This document shows, in pieces, positions 62,700-64,000 of a stretch of DNA of 64,000 bases (positions are counted from its first letter, which is position 1; each line of letters begins with the position of its first letter). The stretch covers positions 10,790,001 through 10,854,000 of the forward strand of contig NC_087438.1 in assembly GCF_036321535.1 (NCBI RefSeq), written 5' to 3'. Under the pieces are notes generated by a model. That model saw nothing but the letters and a program-made list of their open reading frames with translations. It had not been told where the DNA came from and ran no database searches. The position numbers were made by a program, and so were the translations under genes. Source of the stretch: Camelus dromedarius (lineage: Eukaryota).

Positions 62700-63190
62700 T
62701 TGATTTCATGTCTGACTGGGCTGTGTACCAGCTGTGACTGTGGATGAGTGACTGATTCTCTCACCCTCCCACCTCTAAGATGCAGATGAGAAGATCTTCC
62801 TAGCACATGGCTGTCAATCATCGTAAGCTATTTCTCTTTTGTTCCTCTAACATTAAATGAGACCCATGTAAAATGTTTAGCACAGGACCCAGTTCATAGT
62901 AGGTGCTCAGTAAATGTCAGCAATTTCATGTTTTGGCATCATAAGCATTGTTCAGCCTATAATATATGCTGAACATTTCCTTCTACAAATGAATAAATAG
63001 CAGATACTCTAATATCTAATTCTTATATCATGCTTCCTATGTGCTGCACACTGTTCCAGCTGCTCAACTTATGTTAACTAATTTAATCTTAATAATCTTA
63101 TGACATAAGAAATATCATTAAAGCATTTTTATAGCCGAGGACACTGGGGCAACAAAGACTCAAGCAGAATTCCCCAAGGTGGCCCTTCTG
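62700..63190. mobile_element. two MIR fragments (+ at ~62700-62920, - at ~63010-63190)
   Basis: attaaatgagacccatgtaaaatgtttagcacag...catagtaggtgctcagtaaatgt; ctatgtgctgcacactgttc...atttaatctt...catttttatagccgaggacactgggg. Confidence 0.7.
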
Positions 63191-64000
63191 CTATTGTGTC
63201 TACCAATATCAGGTATATTTCCTTATTTATCTTCTGGTGACAAGAAACCCACACTGACTGACACAGTGGAGAAAGTTTCATGGGGATGATTCAAACCAGG
63301 GTGTAGAAAAATGAGGCACCAAGGTGGGTGGTTGGCAAGGTTCATTCAAGGCTCCAAAGTCGTGGATGGGGCTTGAACCACTGTGTCTGGAAGACTTTCT
63401 TCTAAGCATCTTCTAGACCTTCTGCCGAGGTCTTTTTTTCTCCCCTTCCTCACGCAAATATTTAAGACTTTCCTCATGTGGAAGTCAAGTCAGCAAATAA
63501 CAGAAGAATTATTTGCAGTATGTGGCCTGCCCCGACATGGAGAATGTGGGTTTCCCCAAGTCATCATCCTTCTGTTGGCTCCTTGTCTTCATCTGGGCAG
63601 CCCCTTTCATCCTGACCTGGTGATGGGCCACTTCCTGGCTGCGTGGCCCCATCCAGGGGGGACCTGGCCTTTAGCTAAACCTCTGTGAGGTCGGAACCCT
63701 TGTTTTGTGAAGAACAAAAGAGTCTTATGCAAGGACATTCACAGGAAAGATGAACCCCCGCGCCCTGTGCTGCCATGCATGGTTCCTAGAAATGGTAGGA
63801 ACGGGCACTTTTAACAAATCTCGTTCCTTACCGCTCCCACGACTTATCTGTTCTGACTCTGTGCTTCTCATTAACAGCAAATGGAAATGCTATGGGTAGA
63901 TATGGGTCATCGTGGAAAAAATATCATAGCTGTCACTGCCTTCTATAATCTAGTCTTTCATTATACAAATCTCAGCCCTTATCTTTTTTCCCTCCTGAGT

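Overview
This is mammalian, AT-rich, repeat-dense non-coding DNA (intronic or intergenic). It is most likely camelid. That is an inference from two tRNA-Ala-derived SINEs resembling the camelid Vic-1 family, cetartiodactyl-type L1 3' UTRs, and no Bov-A/BovB, PRE-1, Alu or B1 elements that I could recognise. I found no credible host protein-coding exon, tRNA/rRNA gene or CRISPR array. The only recognisable long ORF (25968-27020) is a fragment of L1 ORF2. The window holds about 15 5'-truncated L1 ends, L2, MIR, MaLR/ERV LTRs, hAT-family DNA transposon fossils and microsatellites. Structure not explained by the ORF track includes: (i) a highly degraded minus-strand ERV-L provirus (LTR-gag-pol, ~19.4-22.2 kb) and a second ERV-L pol fragment at ~6.8-7.0 kb; (ii) an ungapped 211-bp, ~88%-identical copy of part of that locus 19.2 kb away; (iii) a TSD-flanked L1 with no poly(A) tail; (iv) two twin-priming L1 inversions; (v) a multi-layer nested insertion; (vi) three CTCF-like motifs. 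I cannot support a genuinely new biological system from sequence alone. Repeat subfamily names come from my recall of consensus sequences, and boundaries of old repeats are approximate.
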